Source of the DNA: Bacteroidaceae bacterium
Lineage (GTDB): Bacteria > Bacteroidota > Bacteroidia > Bacteroidales > Bacteroidaceae
Direction: 5' to 3'
Assembly: GCA_017645305.1 (NCBI GenBank)
Contig: JAGCPD010000002.1
Span: 71,104-135,103, forward strand
Length of the DNA stretch: 64,000 nucleotides
Shown here in pieces: positions 36,258 to 45,923 of this stretch. The position numbers were made by a program, and so were the translations under genes. The notes beneath the pieces were generated by a model, which was not told the DNA's origin, did not search any database, and was given only the letters and a program-made list of their open reading frames with translations. Position 1 is the stretch's first letter. Each line of letters begins with the position of its first letter.

Positions 36258-38993
36258 TCAGGGATTGGGAATCATCACCTTGCGTGTACCTTCTTTTGTC
36301 CTTAGTATGCTTATTCCGCGCAGGGGTTCTGCACGCAGTATGCCATTGATGGAATAGATTCCCGTAGTTCTGCATAAGGCTTCCTCGCTAACAGAAGGCC
36401 TCCTAAGGCTTGTAGTACCATCACCTACGGTAAAAGCCGGGCCATTGGTGAACACAGAACCATTGTAGGCGGCATCCACCGTCTGAACACCCCAATGGTA
36501 AGTACCTGACGTACCAGGATGAAAAGTCCAGTGGCGGATGCTGCCCACACGTCCCATGCGGTTTACCTTGCGAATTCCGTCATGGTCACCGCCCACAAAG
36601 GCAGGCGTGCTGTTCAGCAGATTTCCCACGCTGTCTGTGATAAAGACCTCGTAGGTGCAGTTCGGAAGAACCGTCTCAGGCACATCCCACTGTAGCAACA
36701 CGGCGTCATCCTGCACAATAGCTGTAGGATTGAGCGGAGCATCAGGGCGGGAAGGCGTAGGATAAAGGTTATAACACAACACGCGGGCACTACCCCGCTG
36801 GGCTTCGGTAAGATAATTGGCATCATTACAAAAGCCGTTCACAAAGAAATCCTTGCGCCCGTCGCTATCCCAATCGGGAAAAATGATGCTAGGAGATATG
36901 GCACCTGGGATGGTGCAGTACTTAGAAAGTCGACCTGCCCGCGCTCCTGTTGTATTCAAGTAAAGGTGCCCCTCACTGTCCTTACTGCCTTTTTTCATGC
37001 CACCTATCAGCAAGTCATACGTACCGTCGCCATCCCAGTCTATCACTCCCGCTGCGTTGTTTACGCTTGTCTGTACGTTATAAAGGGTACTTGTCACATC
37101 GCCGGTAATGGCAGAAAACGTGGGGGACGGGGTTTTCTTGTTGGCATACATTCGCTGACGCAGGGCTGTTTCACCGGAAGACGAGTCGCCGTCACCAGTC
37201 AGGAAGATGTCCGCCCAACCGTCATTGGTAAAGTCAGCTACCAGCAATACACCGTTTGCCTTGCGCTTGATGGATCCTCCGTTTTCTCCCAGTCCCAGAC
37301 GGACAAAATGCCCGTGATGCAGCGTGTCGTTAAGATAGACATCCGTGAAGCGCGACCTGTCCTCCATGCCATCCACCTGTGCCGAAACAACAAAATCCTG
37401 ATATCCGTCGTTGTTCAGGTCAACGGCCTGTATCACAGCATGGCTGAAGAGATAGTCGGTCTCATAGGGTTCCACCACGAAGCGGATGCTCCCTTCGTCT
37501 ATACCCTGTTGGTGCAGCACTACGTTATAAGTGGTATTTTCCTGATGTCCCGCACATACTATGTCCAGTAGTCCGTCATTGTCAATATCAATGATGTCCG
37601 CACTGCAAGGCCCTTTAATGTCAAAAGGGTACTCGCTGCCGTCGGAATCCGTAAAAACCAGTGCCGCTTCAGTAAAGGTTCCGTCGCCCTTTCCAAGAAA
37701 AACACCTTGTCTGGAGTAGGTGTCAGCATAGGCTTCGGCACCAGGGTCGGTACCCGTCTGCTCGAATGCCACAATATCCATATTGCCGTCGTTGTTCAGG
37801 TCGCAAGGGATGAGCGAGGGCATGTCCGACACCTGAAAGGGGGAAGACTTTGATAGCGTCCAGCGATGGGTGGTGGGAAGGCAAAGCGAGACGTAGGTGA
37901 GGCGTTTCTGCGTCAGCTCTTCCGTAGCCTCGGCGTGCGTGATTTCGTCGGAAATCCCACCTGCCACAATATCCTGATACCCGTCATTGTTCAGGTCAAC
38001 GGTTGTGGCCGCGCCTTGCCGGAACCCTAACGTCTTATCTATGAGTTCGGGGTTGTAGGGATTGGCCTCCAACGTAGGGCGTATGATGGGCTCGTTAGAC
38101 ATGGTAAGTTTCGTCCCCGAAAACCTCATGGTGCCTATGTACATCAGCCGGTGGTGGACGGATTCCGTGCTGTTGTGGGCGTGGAATACAATGCGCATGA
38201 TGCCCTCCTTGTCAGTGAAGATAGAATGATGTCCCGTTCCTACCAATTCATCGCGTCGGCACAGGATGGGATTATCCGCGAACTTCGTCCAAGTGCCGCT
38301 GGCAATGTTTCGTGTGGTGGCATAGCCCACAGCATAGTTTTGACTTTCGTAGCCGTTGCCCGAGTAAGTAAGATAATAGGTATTCCTGTATTTTATTACG
38401 TTGGGGCCCTCATTCACACGCCCTTCCTTCTGTTCCCACGCCTGACTTCCGGCAATGCATTTCCTCAGCGTCCCTTCCACTGGCGTTATATAGTCGTCAG
38501 CCAAACGACATTGCCAGATGCAGATATTGTCGTTGAACCGTACAAAAAACATCCAAGCCGTTCCGTCGTCATCGAAGAAGATATGCGAGTCGATGCAGTT
38601 CTCATCGCCCAACAGGCTTTGCATCTGATAACCGCCCACCTGCTTGAATGGCCCTTTGGGACTGTCTCCTGTAGCGACAAAGAGGCGCTGGTTGGCCGAG
38701 TAGTACATGTAATACTTGTCGCCGAGGTGATATACCTCTGGTGCCCAGAAGAAAATGTTCTCCGTGGTGTTGTTTTTGTGGAGTGCCAATCCTTCGTATT
38801 TCCACGAGCGTAGGTCATCTGACGAATAGCAGCGTATGCCATTATCGTCACGCGTCCCGTAGGCATAGTACTTACCCCCATCCAGCAGGATGTAGGGGTC
38901 TGCCAATTCTATCTGGCTTTTCCCTCCCTCTGCCCATAGCGGAAGAACAGGGAGAAGAAGGATGATGAGTTTAATAAAATTTCCGTTTATCAT
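36258..38993 (-). CDS. GH43 glycoside hydrolase fused to FG-GAP/VCBS repeats and a T9SS C-terminal domain
   Basis: N-terminal GH43 wording (ELADPYILLDGGKYYAYGT, FWAPEVYH). There are repeated DLNNDGYQD / DIDNDGLLD calcium-binding FG-GAP type motifs. The C-terminal ~80 aa are CTD-like. Confidence 0.75.
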   Translation of the reverse strand: MINGNFIKLIILLLPVLPLWAEGGKSQIELADPYILLDGGKYYAYGTRDDNGIRCYSSDDLRSWKYEGLALHKNNTTENIFFWAPEVYHLGDKYYMYYSANQRLFVATGDSPKGPFKQVGGYQMQSLLGDENCIDSHIFFDDDGTAWMFFVRFNDNICIWQCRLADDYITPVEGTLRKCIAGSQAWEQKEGRVNEGPNVIKYRNTYYLTYSGNGYESQNYAVGYATTRNIASGTWTKFADNPILCRRDELVGTGHHSIFTDKEGIMRIVFHAHNSTESVHHRLMYIGTMRFSGTKLTMSNEPIIRPTLEANPYNPELIDKTLGFRQGAATTVDLNNDGYQDIVAGGISDEITHAEATEELTQKRLTYVSLCLPTTHRWTLSKSSPFQVSDMPSLIPCDLNNDGNMDIVAFEQTGTDPGAEAYADTYSRQGVFLGKGDGTFTEAALVFTDSDGSEYPFDIKGPCSADIIDIDNDGLLDIVCAGHQENTTYNVVLHQQGIDEGSIRFVVEPYETDYLFSHAVIQAVDLNNDGYQDFVVSAQVDGMEDRSRFTDVYLNDTLHHGHFVRLGLGENGGSIKRKANGVLLVADFTNDGWADIFLTGDGDSSSGETALRQRMYANKKTPSPTFSAITGDVTSTLYNVQTSVNNAAGVIDWDGDGTYDLLIGGMKKGSKDSEGHLYLNTTGARAGRLSKYCTIPGAISPSIIFPDWDSDGRKDFFVNGFCNDANYLTEAQRGSARVLCYNLYPTPSRPDAPLNPTAIVQDDAVLLQWDVPETVLPNCTYEVFITDSVGNLLNSTPAFVGGDHDGIRKVNRMGRVGSIRHWTFHPGTSGTYHWGVQTVDAAYNGSVFTNGPAFTVGDGTTSLRRPSVSEEALCRTTGIYSINGILRAEPLRGISILRTKEGTRKVMIPNP

Positions 38994-39290
38994 TGTTATT
39001 GAATTTACTATTCATGGGGCAAAGATATGGCATTACCCCCTACCTTACCATGAAAATTTGACATTTCTCCTGCACAAATTGACATTGACACGTCACCTCT
39101 CCCCAAAACACACCATTCAGATGCCTTATTAAAATCTACAGGGGTGTTCTATGGGATAATAAAAAGTTAATAGCATCCTGAGAGAAGGAAATTGAAATTT
39201 TGGGGCGTTTGCAGAAATGCGGGCATCTGTTTATGTCATTTTGTGCAGTAAAAATGTCAAGTATTCATGGATGGGGGTAGTAAAAAACCG

Positions 39291-39298
39291 TAAATTTG
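39291..39298 (+). promoter_or_regulatory. Candidate -7 box TAAATTTG
   Basis: Matches TAnnTTTG, 36 nt upstream of the ATG at 39335. There is no clear -33 element. Confidence 0.3.
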
Positions 39299-39334
39299 CA
39301 CTTAAAATCATACATTATTATCTTATTATTATTT

Positions 39335-42300
39335 ATGAAGAAAACATTTCTCTTTGCCATATTGCTCTGCGTAAGTATGACAGATTCTGCCCAACTTCTC
39401 GAAAAGTGGAACGAGGGTTCCTTTTTAAGCCGTCCCTGCACATGGTGGCACTGGCTGGATTGCAACGTTACTCGTGAAGGTATTACCGCCGACCTGGAGG
39501 CCATGAGTCGGGCTGGATACCATGAGGCTCAAATCTTTAACGTAGGATACGGCTACCCGGAAGGTACGGCCAAATATCTCTCGCACGAATGGCTCGAACT
39601 CTTCAAGTGGGCAGCCATCGAGGCAAAGCGTGTAGGCATGGAACTCTGCTTCCACAATGGGCCGGGCTGGTCCAGCAGTGGCGGATACTGGGTGAAGCCG
39701 GAACAAAGTATGCAACGCATCGTATGGACAGAAACACACCTGACCACTTCAGGCAAGAAGCAGACTATCCGTCTGGAGCAGCCTAAGGCGGAGCAAAACT
39801 GGTACAAGGATATCATCGTCCTAGCATTCCCTACTCCTTCCACTGACCTCAGAATCAGCGATTACGTACTCAAAAGCCTTGGCTCGAACAGCTATCCTAA
39901 TATTCTGATGCCCAAACCAGAGGTTGTGGAAGACGGTGCTGTAATAAAGATATCCGATATCAGGAACCTTACCAGCCAGATGGATACAGAAGGGAACCTT
40001 ACCTGGGAGGCTCCTACCGGGGAGTGGGTCATTCTGCGCATGGGACATACAACAACAGGCAAGAACAGTCATCCCACGACTGCTGCTACGGGCGGAGGAC
40101 TGGAGGTTGACAAGATGAGCCGAAAGGCTCTTGACCAGTATTGGAAGGATGGAGTCCAGCCCATTCTGGATTATCTGGGTCCGCTGGTAGGCACAGCCCT
40201 CACGAATTGCCTTGTAGATAGCTATGAGGTGGGGTGCGGCAACTGGACGGATGGTTTTGACCGGGAATTCCAACGTTTACGCGGCTATGACCCCATGTCC
40301 TACTTCCCTGCTATAGCCGGCTTTTACGTGGAAGGAAGCGAACAGAGCGAGCGTTTCCTATGGGACTTGCGCAAGACGGTGAACGACCTGATGGCAGCAA
40401 ACTATTACGACCGCTTCAGCGAACTCTGTCACCAGAATGGTCTGAAGTACTCCGTTGAACCTTATACCGGTCCCTTCAACGATATGGAAATAGGTGCCAG
40501 CTCTGACATCGTTATGGGTGAGTTCTGGATGGGAAATACAGTCATGCCCTCCTCTACCAAGATGGCGGCCTCCATTGCCCATATCAACGGAAACACGGTG
40601 GTGGGTGCTGAATCGTTCACAGCAGGCAGCAACGAGGCCGGTTGGGATGGTAGCCCTGCAAAAATGAAAACACTGGGCGACATGGCTTGGGCTGACGGCG
40701 TCAACCACTATATCTTCCACACCTTTGTCCATCAGCCAAATGACAAAGGGCCTGGTTATACTCTGGGAGAGTTCGGCTCGCATTTCAACCGGCTCAACAC
40801 ACTATGGGATGCTGCCATTCCATATATGAAATATGTCACACGTTCACAATATCTGCTACAGCAAGGACGCTTCGTTGGCGATGTGTTAGTATATGTGGGT
40901 GAGGTATCGCCCAATGATGGTAGCAGCCGTAAAGACATCAAAGACTTGGGCTACGACTACGATGAGATTTGGACCGACCAGATGGCTCAGCTACAGGTGC
41001 GCAACGGTCGCCTTGTCACTCGCAGTGGCGGTGAGTACCGTCTGCTCACGCTTTTCAACACCTCTTGGATGACACCCAAGACATTACACATCCTTCGACG
41101 GCTGGCACTTCAGGGAGCCACCATCATTGGAGTCCGTCCCACAAAATCTCCCAGTTTAGAGGGTTATCCTGTATGTGACAACGAGGTAGAACAGCTGGCC
41201 AAGGAATTGTGGGACCAGGGGCTGATTCAGGACATTACCGTTAACGATGCATTGCAGAAACTGCAGGTTAAGCCTGACTTCCACCCCAGCAGCACAGGAA
41301 GCGACCTTCACTTCATACACCGTTCCTGCCCCGAAGGGGAAATCTATTTCGTGGCTAACCCGGAAAAACAGTATCGAAACGAGACCTGTGAGTTCCGTGT
41401 TCAGAATATGGTTCCCGAGCGCTGGGATGCCCAAACGGGACAGATTACAGCCATCCCCTATCGTCAAGGTGAGTACGGTACGCTGATAGACCTGCACTTT
41501 GAGCCGGAGCAGAGCGCATTCATCATCTTCCGTCCGTCTTCTGCAGCGAATGATGCTTGTGTGACGGAGATTCACACCTCATACAATGATACCAAAGAAG
41601 TTCCCGTGCCCAATCTGAGAATCACCCGAGCCGAGTACGGAGCCTTCCTTTCACGCGGAATCAATGATGTCACGGACATCGTGTCAGGAAAAATACATGA
41701 AAACAGGCTCAACATCCAAAGCGACAATGGAACCCTCGGGGGAGATCCATGCTTCGGACAAGTTAAGACGCTGGTCATCCACTATACAATTGACGGCAAG
41801 GAGCGTACTGCCTATTCACCAGAAAACTCACGTATTCAGATACCGGAGGCTCATGAAAAGGGAGAGCTGAAAATTGCACGTGCCTTTTATGGGGCCATCG
41901 CCTCAAACTTTGACAGTCAGCGGCCACAGAAGCCCATCAATGTGGCTGATAAAATGCAAAAATCCATTGAGGAGGGCAAATATATCATTACGGCTAACGA
42001 TGAACTGGCTGGCACATCAGTCTGCGGGCAGAACAAAATGCTCCGCCTTACCTACGAGACAGATGGAATGACCATTGAACGTGACATCGAGGAAGGCGCA
42101 AAAATTGACTTCACATATCACGGCAATGATGCCACCCTGATACTAAAGGACAACAACTTTGTATGGACGACTTCCAAATCAGGAACAGAAACTGTTCGCA
42201 CCACCTCAGGTAAAGTTTATAGCGCACAAGTGAAGTCTGTTCCCCAGCCGATTACCTTGACAGGGTCTTGGGATGTTTCTTTCCAACCCGGCCGGATGGC

Positions 42301-42757
42301 TCCAGAGAAAGCCGTCTTTGACAGCCTTTACTCCTACAGCCAGTCGGACATCCACGGCATCCGCTACTATGCCGGCACCGCTGTATATTCCAAGCGCTTC
42401 ATCCTTCCCAAGAAGTACCTTCAACAAGGCACAGAATTGATACTCAATCTGGGCAGCGTGGGTGTCATTGCAGAAGTCTGTCTAAATGGGCACTCATTGG
42501 GTACAGCATGGAAAGCCCCCTACCGCCTCCCTATTGGCGATGCAGCGCAGGCAGGAGAGAATCTGTTGGAGGTAACTGTCACCAATCCGTGGGTCAACCG
42601 TCTTATCGGTGACGAACAACCAGAAGCAGAGAAACTCGGGACAGCAACATGGAAGCACTGGAACGCTGACAGTCCACTCCAGCCAGCCGGTTTGATGGGA
42701 CCTGTCACCATCCAACCCTATGTAAAAAAGGACATGACACTTGAACGTAAACGCTGA
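39335..42757 (+). CDS. Large secreted glycoside hydrolase (GH106-like / rhamnosidase-like family, tentative)
   Basis: The ORF-track frame starts at 39296. I start at MKKTFLFAILLCVSM (ATG at 39335). The N-terminal block ..WWHWLDCNVTREGITADLEAMSRAG.. recalls this family. The family assignment is from memory only. Confidence 0.55.
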   Translation: MKKTFLFAILLCVSMTDSAQLLEKWNEGSFLSRPCTWWHWLDCNVTREGITADLEAMSRAGYHEAQIFNVGYGYPEGTAKYLSHEWLELFKWAAIEAKRVGMELCFHNGPGWSSSGGYWVKPEQSMQRIVWTETHLTTSGKKQTIRLEQPKAEQNWYKDIIVLAFPTPSTDLRISDYVLKSLGSNSYPNILMPKPEVVEDGAVIKISDIRNLTSQMDTEGNLTWEAPTGEWVILRMGHTTTGKNSHPTTAATGGGLEVDKMSRKALDQYWKDGVQPILDYLGPLVGTALTNCLVDSYEVGCGNWTDGFDREFQRLRGYDPMSYFPAIAGFYVEGSEQSERFLWDLRKTVNDLMAANYYDRFSELCHQNGLKYSVEPYTGPFNDMEIGASSDIVMGEFWMGNTVMPSSTKMAASIAHINGNTVVGAESFTAGSNEAGWDGSPAKMKTLGDMAWADGVNHYIFHTFVHQPNDKGPGYTLGEFGSHFNRLNTLWDAAIPYMKYVTRSQYLLQQGRFVGDVLVYVGEVSPNDGSSRKDIKDLGYDYDEIWTDQMAQLQVRNGRLVTRSGGEYRLLTLFNTSWMTPKTLHILRRLALQGATIIGVRPTKSPSLEGYPVCDNEVEQLAKELWDQGLIQDITVNDALQKLQVKPDFHPSSTGSDLHFIHRSCPEGEIYFVANPEKQYRNETCEFRVQNMVPERWDAQTGQITAIPYRQGEYGTLIDLHFEPEQSAFIIFRPSSAANDACVTEIHTSYNDTKEVPVPNLRITRAEYGAFLSRGINDVTDIVSGKIHENRLNIQSDNGTLGGDPCFGQVKTLVIHYTIDGKERTAYSPENSRIQIPEAHEKGELKIARAFYGAIASNFDSQRPQKPINVADKMQKSIEEGKYIITANDELAGTSVCGQNKMLRLTYETDGMTIERDIEEGAKIDFTYHGNDATLILKDNNFVWTTSKSGTETVRTTSGKVYSAQVKSVPQPITLTGSWDVSFQPGRMAPEKAVFDSLYSYSQSDIHGIRYYAGTAVYSKRFILPKKYLQQGTELILNLGSVGVIAEVCLNGHSLGTAWKAPYRLPIGDAAQAGENLLEVTVTNPWVNRLIGDEQPEAEKLGTATWKHWNADSPLQPAGLMGPVTIQPYVKKDMTLERKR

Positions 42758-43035
42758 TAATTTAAAGCCACGTTCCTGATTCCTTCTTTTGTTCGGAATA
42801 TGTAAAATATCTATTGGTGTCCGAAATCCAATACCAATAGACAGCTATGCATTGTTCGCTTTTCGCTGTCTGAAACTTGGAATATAACGCACTCTACTTA
42901 GGCATTGCAAAATAGGCTGTTGGCACATTGATGGCAACAGCCCAAAGCAGAGAAGAAGAGAGAAAATGTTTTCTTTGATGATTGGTCAGAGAAAACCTAA
43001 AGCCTATGGTTCGTTCCCTTTTTCGTTATCTATAA

Positions 43036-43185
43036 TTATAGAATCTTCTTATACAACTCTATAATGTCTTGTTTGGTTACAAGACGGGGATTGCCAGGAG
43101 TGCAGACATCATTGATGGCTTGTTCTGCCAGTGCTTCGATGTCTGTTTCCTTAATGCCCAAGTTATACACCAAAGAAGAAATCCT
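43036..43185 (-). pseudogene. fucO: 3'-terminal remnant (~50 codons) of an iron-containing alcohol dehydrogenase, lactaldehyde reductase-like
   Basis: My own minus-strand translation gives ..ISSLVYNLGIKETDIEALAEQAINDVCTPGNPRLVTKQDIIELYKKIL*. It closely parallels the C-terminus of E. coli FucO (..DDVCTGGNPREATLEDIVELYHTAW). No upstream coding continuation exists. Confidence 0.65.
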
Positions 43186-43193
43186 CTGGGAGG

Positions 43194-43496
43194 TTGGGAG
43201 GAAGGCTTTTCCTGAATTTGGGAAAAGTGGAGGAGATTGCCGTGGTCAGCGTAAACGGACACGTCACGGATACCCTATGGGCAGAACCCTACGAGACCGA
43301 CATTACCCAATACGTCCGGAAAGGGCAGAACAGCCTGACTGTCCAAGTCACCAGCACCTGGTACAACCGACTGGTTTATGATGCCCGCCAGCCCAAGGAG
43401 CAGCGCAAGACATGGGTCATCAACGGTCCGTCGGACAAAGCAGAACTGTGCCCGTCTGGTCTCCTCGGTCCTGTCAGACTGACAGAGCGGAAGTGA
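43194..43496 (+). pseudogene. C-terminal remnant of a paralogue of the large GH at 39335-42757
   Basis: GRLFLNLGKVEEIAVVSVNGH..TVQVTSTWYNRL..SGLLGPVRL aligns with TELILNLGSVGVIAEVCLNGH..EVTVTNPWVNRL..AGLMGPVTI at the end of the 1153-aa ORF. Only ~100 aa are present. Confidence 0.7.
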
Positions 43497-43505
43497 GCAG
43501 GCTGA

Positions 43506-44399
43506 TTATGAAAGGATGCTGCGAACCTGCGGGAGTGTCAGCCTTCGGTCTAAATCCATGAAATAATGCGGATGACTGATACGCTTCTCCTCGGGGGGTA
43601 ACTGCATATAGTCACCGTAAAGGGTGCGAAGGTAGGCATCGTAGTCGCGGGGAATGATAAGCGTGGTATCCTCGAAGGGCACTTCTGTCACATCACGGAA
43701 CCACTCCGAACGGAAGATTCTGCCCTCCCACTGCGTTACACAGACACACTTGGGTCCCGGCCCGTTATGCTTGTACCCCTCTTGGAACTGAAGGAATGCC
43801 TGCAAATACTTCTGCGGACAGCGGCTGCGCCATTTGCTCAGAACCTGAACGCCCAGACGGTGTACATCGGCAGAGAAGAGGGACTTTGCCATATCGGTGA
43901 ATGAATAATGGCTGACGGCATTCAGGTACTTGTCGAAGTAATAATGACTGCGGTACTGACGTGCCGTAATCACTTCGTCAGGTTCGTCGAACTCATCGAG
44001 CGGAAAAATATCTATGCTGACACCGAACAGGAAAGGCAGATGCTTGAACTCCCAGATGGTACTGCGGCAATCGGCTATCTTGGCAAAAGGCATGTAGTAT
44101 CCGGAATGGATAATGGATGATGGACAATTGACAATTGATGATGGATAATTGACAATTGGCTGTTGGCAGCTGAGGAGTTCATATCCGGTGCCCTGAAACT
44201 CGTGGGCTAATTGCAACAACTGCTCATAGTCCTTGCGGGGCATATAGAGGTCGATATCATCATCCCAAGGAATAAAACCTTTATGGCGGATAGCACCTAA
44301 GACAGTTCCGCCACAACCTATATAACGGAGGTTGTGCCGTTGGAAGAGTTCCTTTGCAAACCGGAACACCTCCAACAGACGATTCTTTAAGACATCCAT
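43506..44399 (-). CDS. licD: LicD-family phosphotransferase
   Basis: N-terminal LicD block ..YIGCGGTVLGAIRHKGFIPWDDDIDLYMPRKDY... Confidence 0.85.
   Translation of the reverse strand: MDVLKNRLLEVFRFAKELFQRHNLRYIGCGGTVLGAIRHKGFIPWDDDIDLYMPRKDYEQLLQLAHEFQGTGYELLSCQQPIVNYPSSIVNCPSSIIHSGYYMPFAKIADCRSTIWEFKHLPFLFGVSIDIFPLDEFDEPDEVITARQYRSHYYFDKYLNAVSHYSFTDMAKSLFSADVHRLGVQVLSKWRSRCPQKYLQAFLQFQEGYKHNGPGPKCVCVTQWEGRIFRSEWFRDVTEVPFEDTTLIIPRDYDAYLRTLYGDYMQLPPEEKRISHPHYFMDLDRRLTLPQVRSILS
44108..44158. repeat. Heptamer array (GACAATT/GATGATG/GATAATT) lying in-frame inside licD
   Basis: ggataatggatgatggacaattgacaattgatgatggataattgacaattgg encodes QQPIVNYPSSIVNCPSSIIHSG on the minus strand. Confidence 0.9.
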
Positions 44400-45439
44400 C
44401 AGTCAAACAGGTTAAGGAAACGCTCCAGGCACCACAACAGCCACTTCTGGTTGCCGCTATACCGGCTAATATCAATGTCAGTTCTGAATTCCTTTCGCTT
44501 AGGCCCTTCCCAGTTGGCAAAATAGGCATCAACGGGACGGGGCATAGGCTGTTTCAGTGGCACTGCCGTCTCGGGGTATTTCATTCTGAAAAGGTCGCGT
44601 ATCAGATACTTGGTATCACCGTTACGGATTCTTCCCAGATCAAGCGGCTTGGCCATCTTCAGCAATTCATAGGGGTCGATGAAGTCCATTTCTGCCGTCT
44701 CAAAGGCATTCTCGTAAGAAGCATAGCTCTCGTCAGTCACCACTTCGTCATAGAAACGCAGATAGTCTATGCTGCTCTTGCCCAGACGATAGCGTTCAAA
44801 AAGGTAATTCATATCGTACGGCTCCTTCAGCACCTCGGCAGGGTCAACATAAACAGAACGCTTTACATACTGGTCGTAACTCCAGTTGCGGGAGAGCAGC
44901 CCGTCCATTCCTCCGAAGACATAGTCGGCGGCATCGCCTATCACCAGCATAGTGATACCGTCCGCCTTTGCCTGCATGGCCGCAGCATACAGCTGGGGTT
45001 CTATGGAGTGTACGGGAGCGCCCTTTTGCCGCATCACCTTGTCAACATTCTGCTCTACCGTGTTCCAGTCTATATCTACATAATGCAGATTCAGATGGTA
45101 ATATTTTGCGAAATATGCAGCACGCTCCAACTCATCGCTTTGGAACTTCCCTCCCAGGAACCGGAATGTATAGGCATCGGAACCCTCCGGCATATAGGAT
45201 GCCAGGATGGAACTGTCCATACCTCCTGACAGCAACATGCCCAGCTTCTCGTGTGCTACCTTACGGAAGACATTGCGGAGGGCGACATCCATATCATGGG
45301 CATCGGAGACAAAGACCTTACGCTCCAGAGGTTGCTGTTTATACACCTGATGGTGCAGGCCGTCGAAAAACTGCCTGTCATCATCCTCTACATATCTCAA
45401 CGAGAGATACGAACTCATGCAATAACTCTTGTCAACCAT
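44399..45439 (-). CDS. Asparagine synthase C-terminal domain-like PP-loop ATPase (no glutaminase domain)
   Basis: PP-loop LSGGMDSS. 346 aa. Its stop overlaps the licD start by 1 nt. Confidence 0.7.
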   Translation of the reverse strand: MVDKSYCMSSYLSLRYVEDDDRQFFDGLHHQVYKQQPLERKVFVSDAHDMDVALRNVFRKVAHEKLGMLLSGGMDSSILASYMPEGSDAYTFRFLGGKFQSDELERAAYFAKYYHLNLHYVDIDWNTVEQNVDKVMRQKGAPVHSIEPQLYAAAMQAKADGITMLVIGDAADYVFGGMDGLLSRNWSYDQYVKRSVYVDPAEVLKEPYDMNYLFERYRLGKSSIDYLRFYDEVVTDESYASYENAFETAEMDFIDPYELLKMAKPLDLGRIRNGDTKYLIRDLFRMKYPETAVPLKQPMPRPVDAYFANWEGPKRKEFRTDIDISRYSGNQKWLLWCLERFLNLFD

Positions 45440-45443
45440 GCTC

Positions 45444-45908
45444 TTACTGATTTAAATGATTCTCTTCTGTTCCTGCCACCTCTTTTCCGTCGGCCCATCC
45501 GCGTGCAGCTTTCAGGGCTTCTGTAATCTTGGTCGAAGAAATTCCCTTGGTATAAGGGAAATACACGATCTTTATTCCCTCCTTGCGGAATTCCTCCTCG
45601 TACTTTTTCCACTTCTCCGTCCCGTACCAGTCGTCGCCGACGAAGAGAACACTGGCCCCCAGCTTCTTACAAGCAGCCAGCTTGTCCATATCGTACTGAG
45701 GGACAACGGCATCAACATACTTGATGCTCCTTACTATCTCGGCCCTGTCAGAGAAGGGAATCATGGCACGCTTTCCCTTGTAGAGCACCAATTCATCGAC
45801 CGTTACGCCAACTACCAACTTATCACAGAGCGCCTTTGCGTTCTTCAACAATGTGAGATGTCCGATGTGGAACAAATCAAAAACTCCTGCAGTATAACCT
45901 ATTACCAT
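45444..45908 (-). CDS. tagD: Glycerol-3-phosphate cytidylyltransferase-like (TagD family)
   Basis: GYTAGVFDLFHIGH (HxGH) plus the downstream ..RSIKYVD.. block. 154 aa. Confidence 0.8.
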   Translation of the reverse strand: MVIGYTAGVFDLFHIGHLTLLKNAKALCDKLVVGVTVDELVLYKGKRAMIPFSDRAEIVRSIKYVDAVVPQYDMDKLAACKKLGASVLFVGDDWYGTEKWKKYEEEFRKEGIKIVYFPYTKGISSTKITEALKAARGWADGKEVAGTEENHLNQ

Positions 45909-45923
45909 AATATTTATTTTAAT

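Noticed and set aside
43064-43381. 105-aa ORF in the scar region.
   Set aside because: It is a chimera running across the junction of the fucO remnant (opposite strand) and out of frame with the GH remnant. It has no homology signal.
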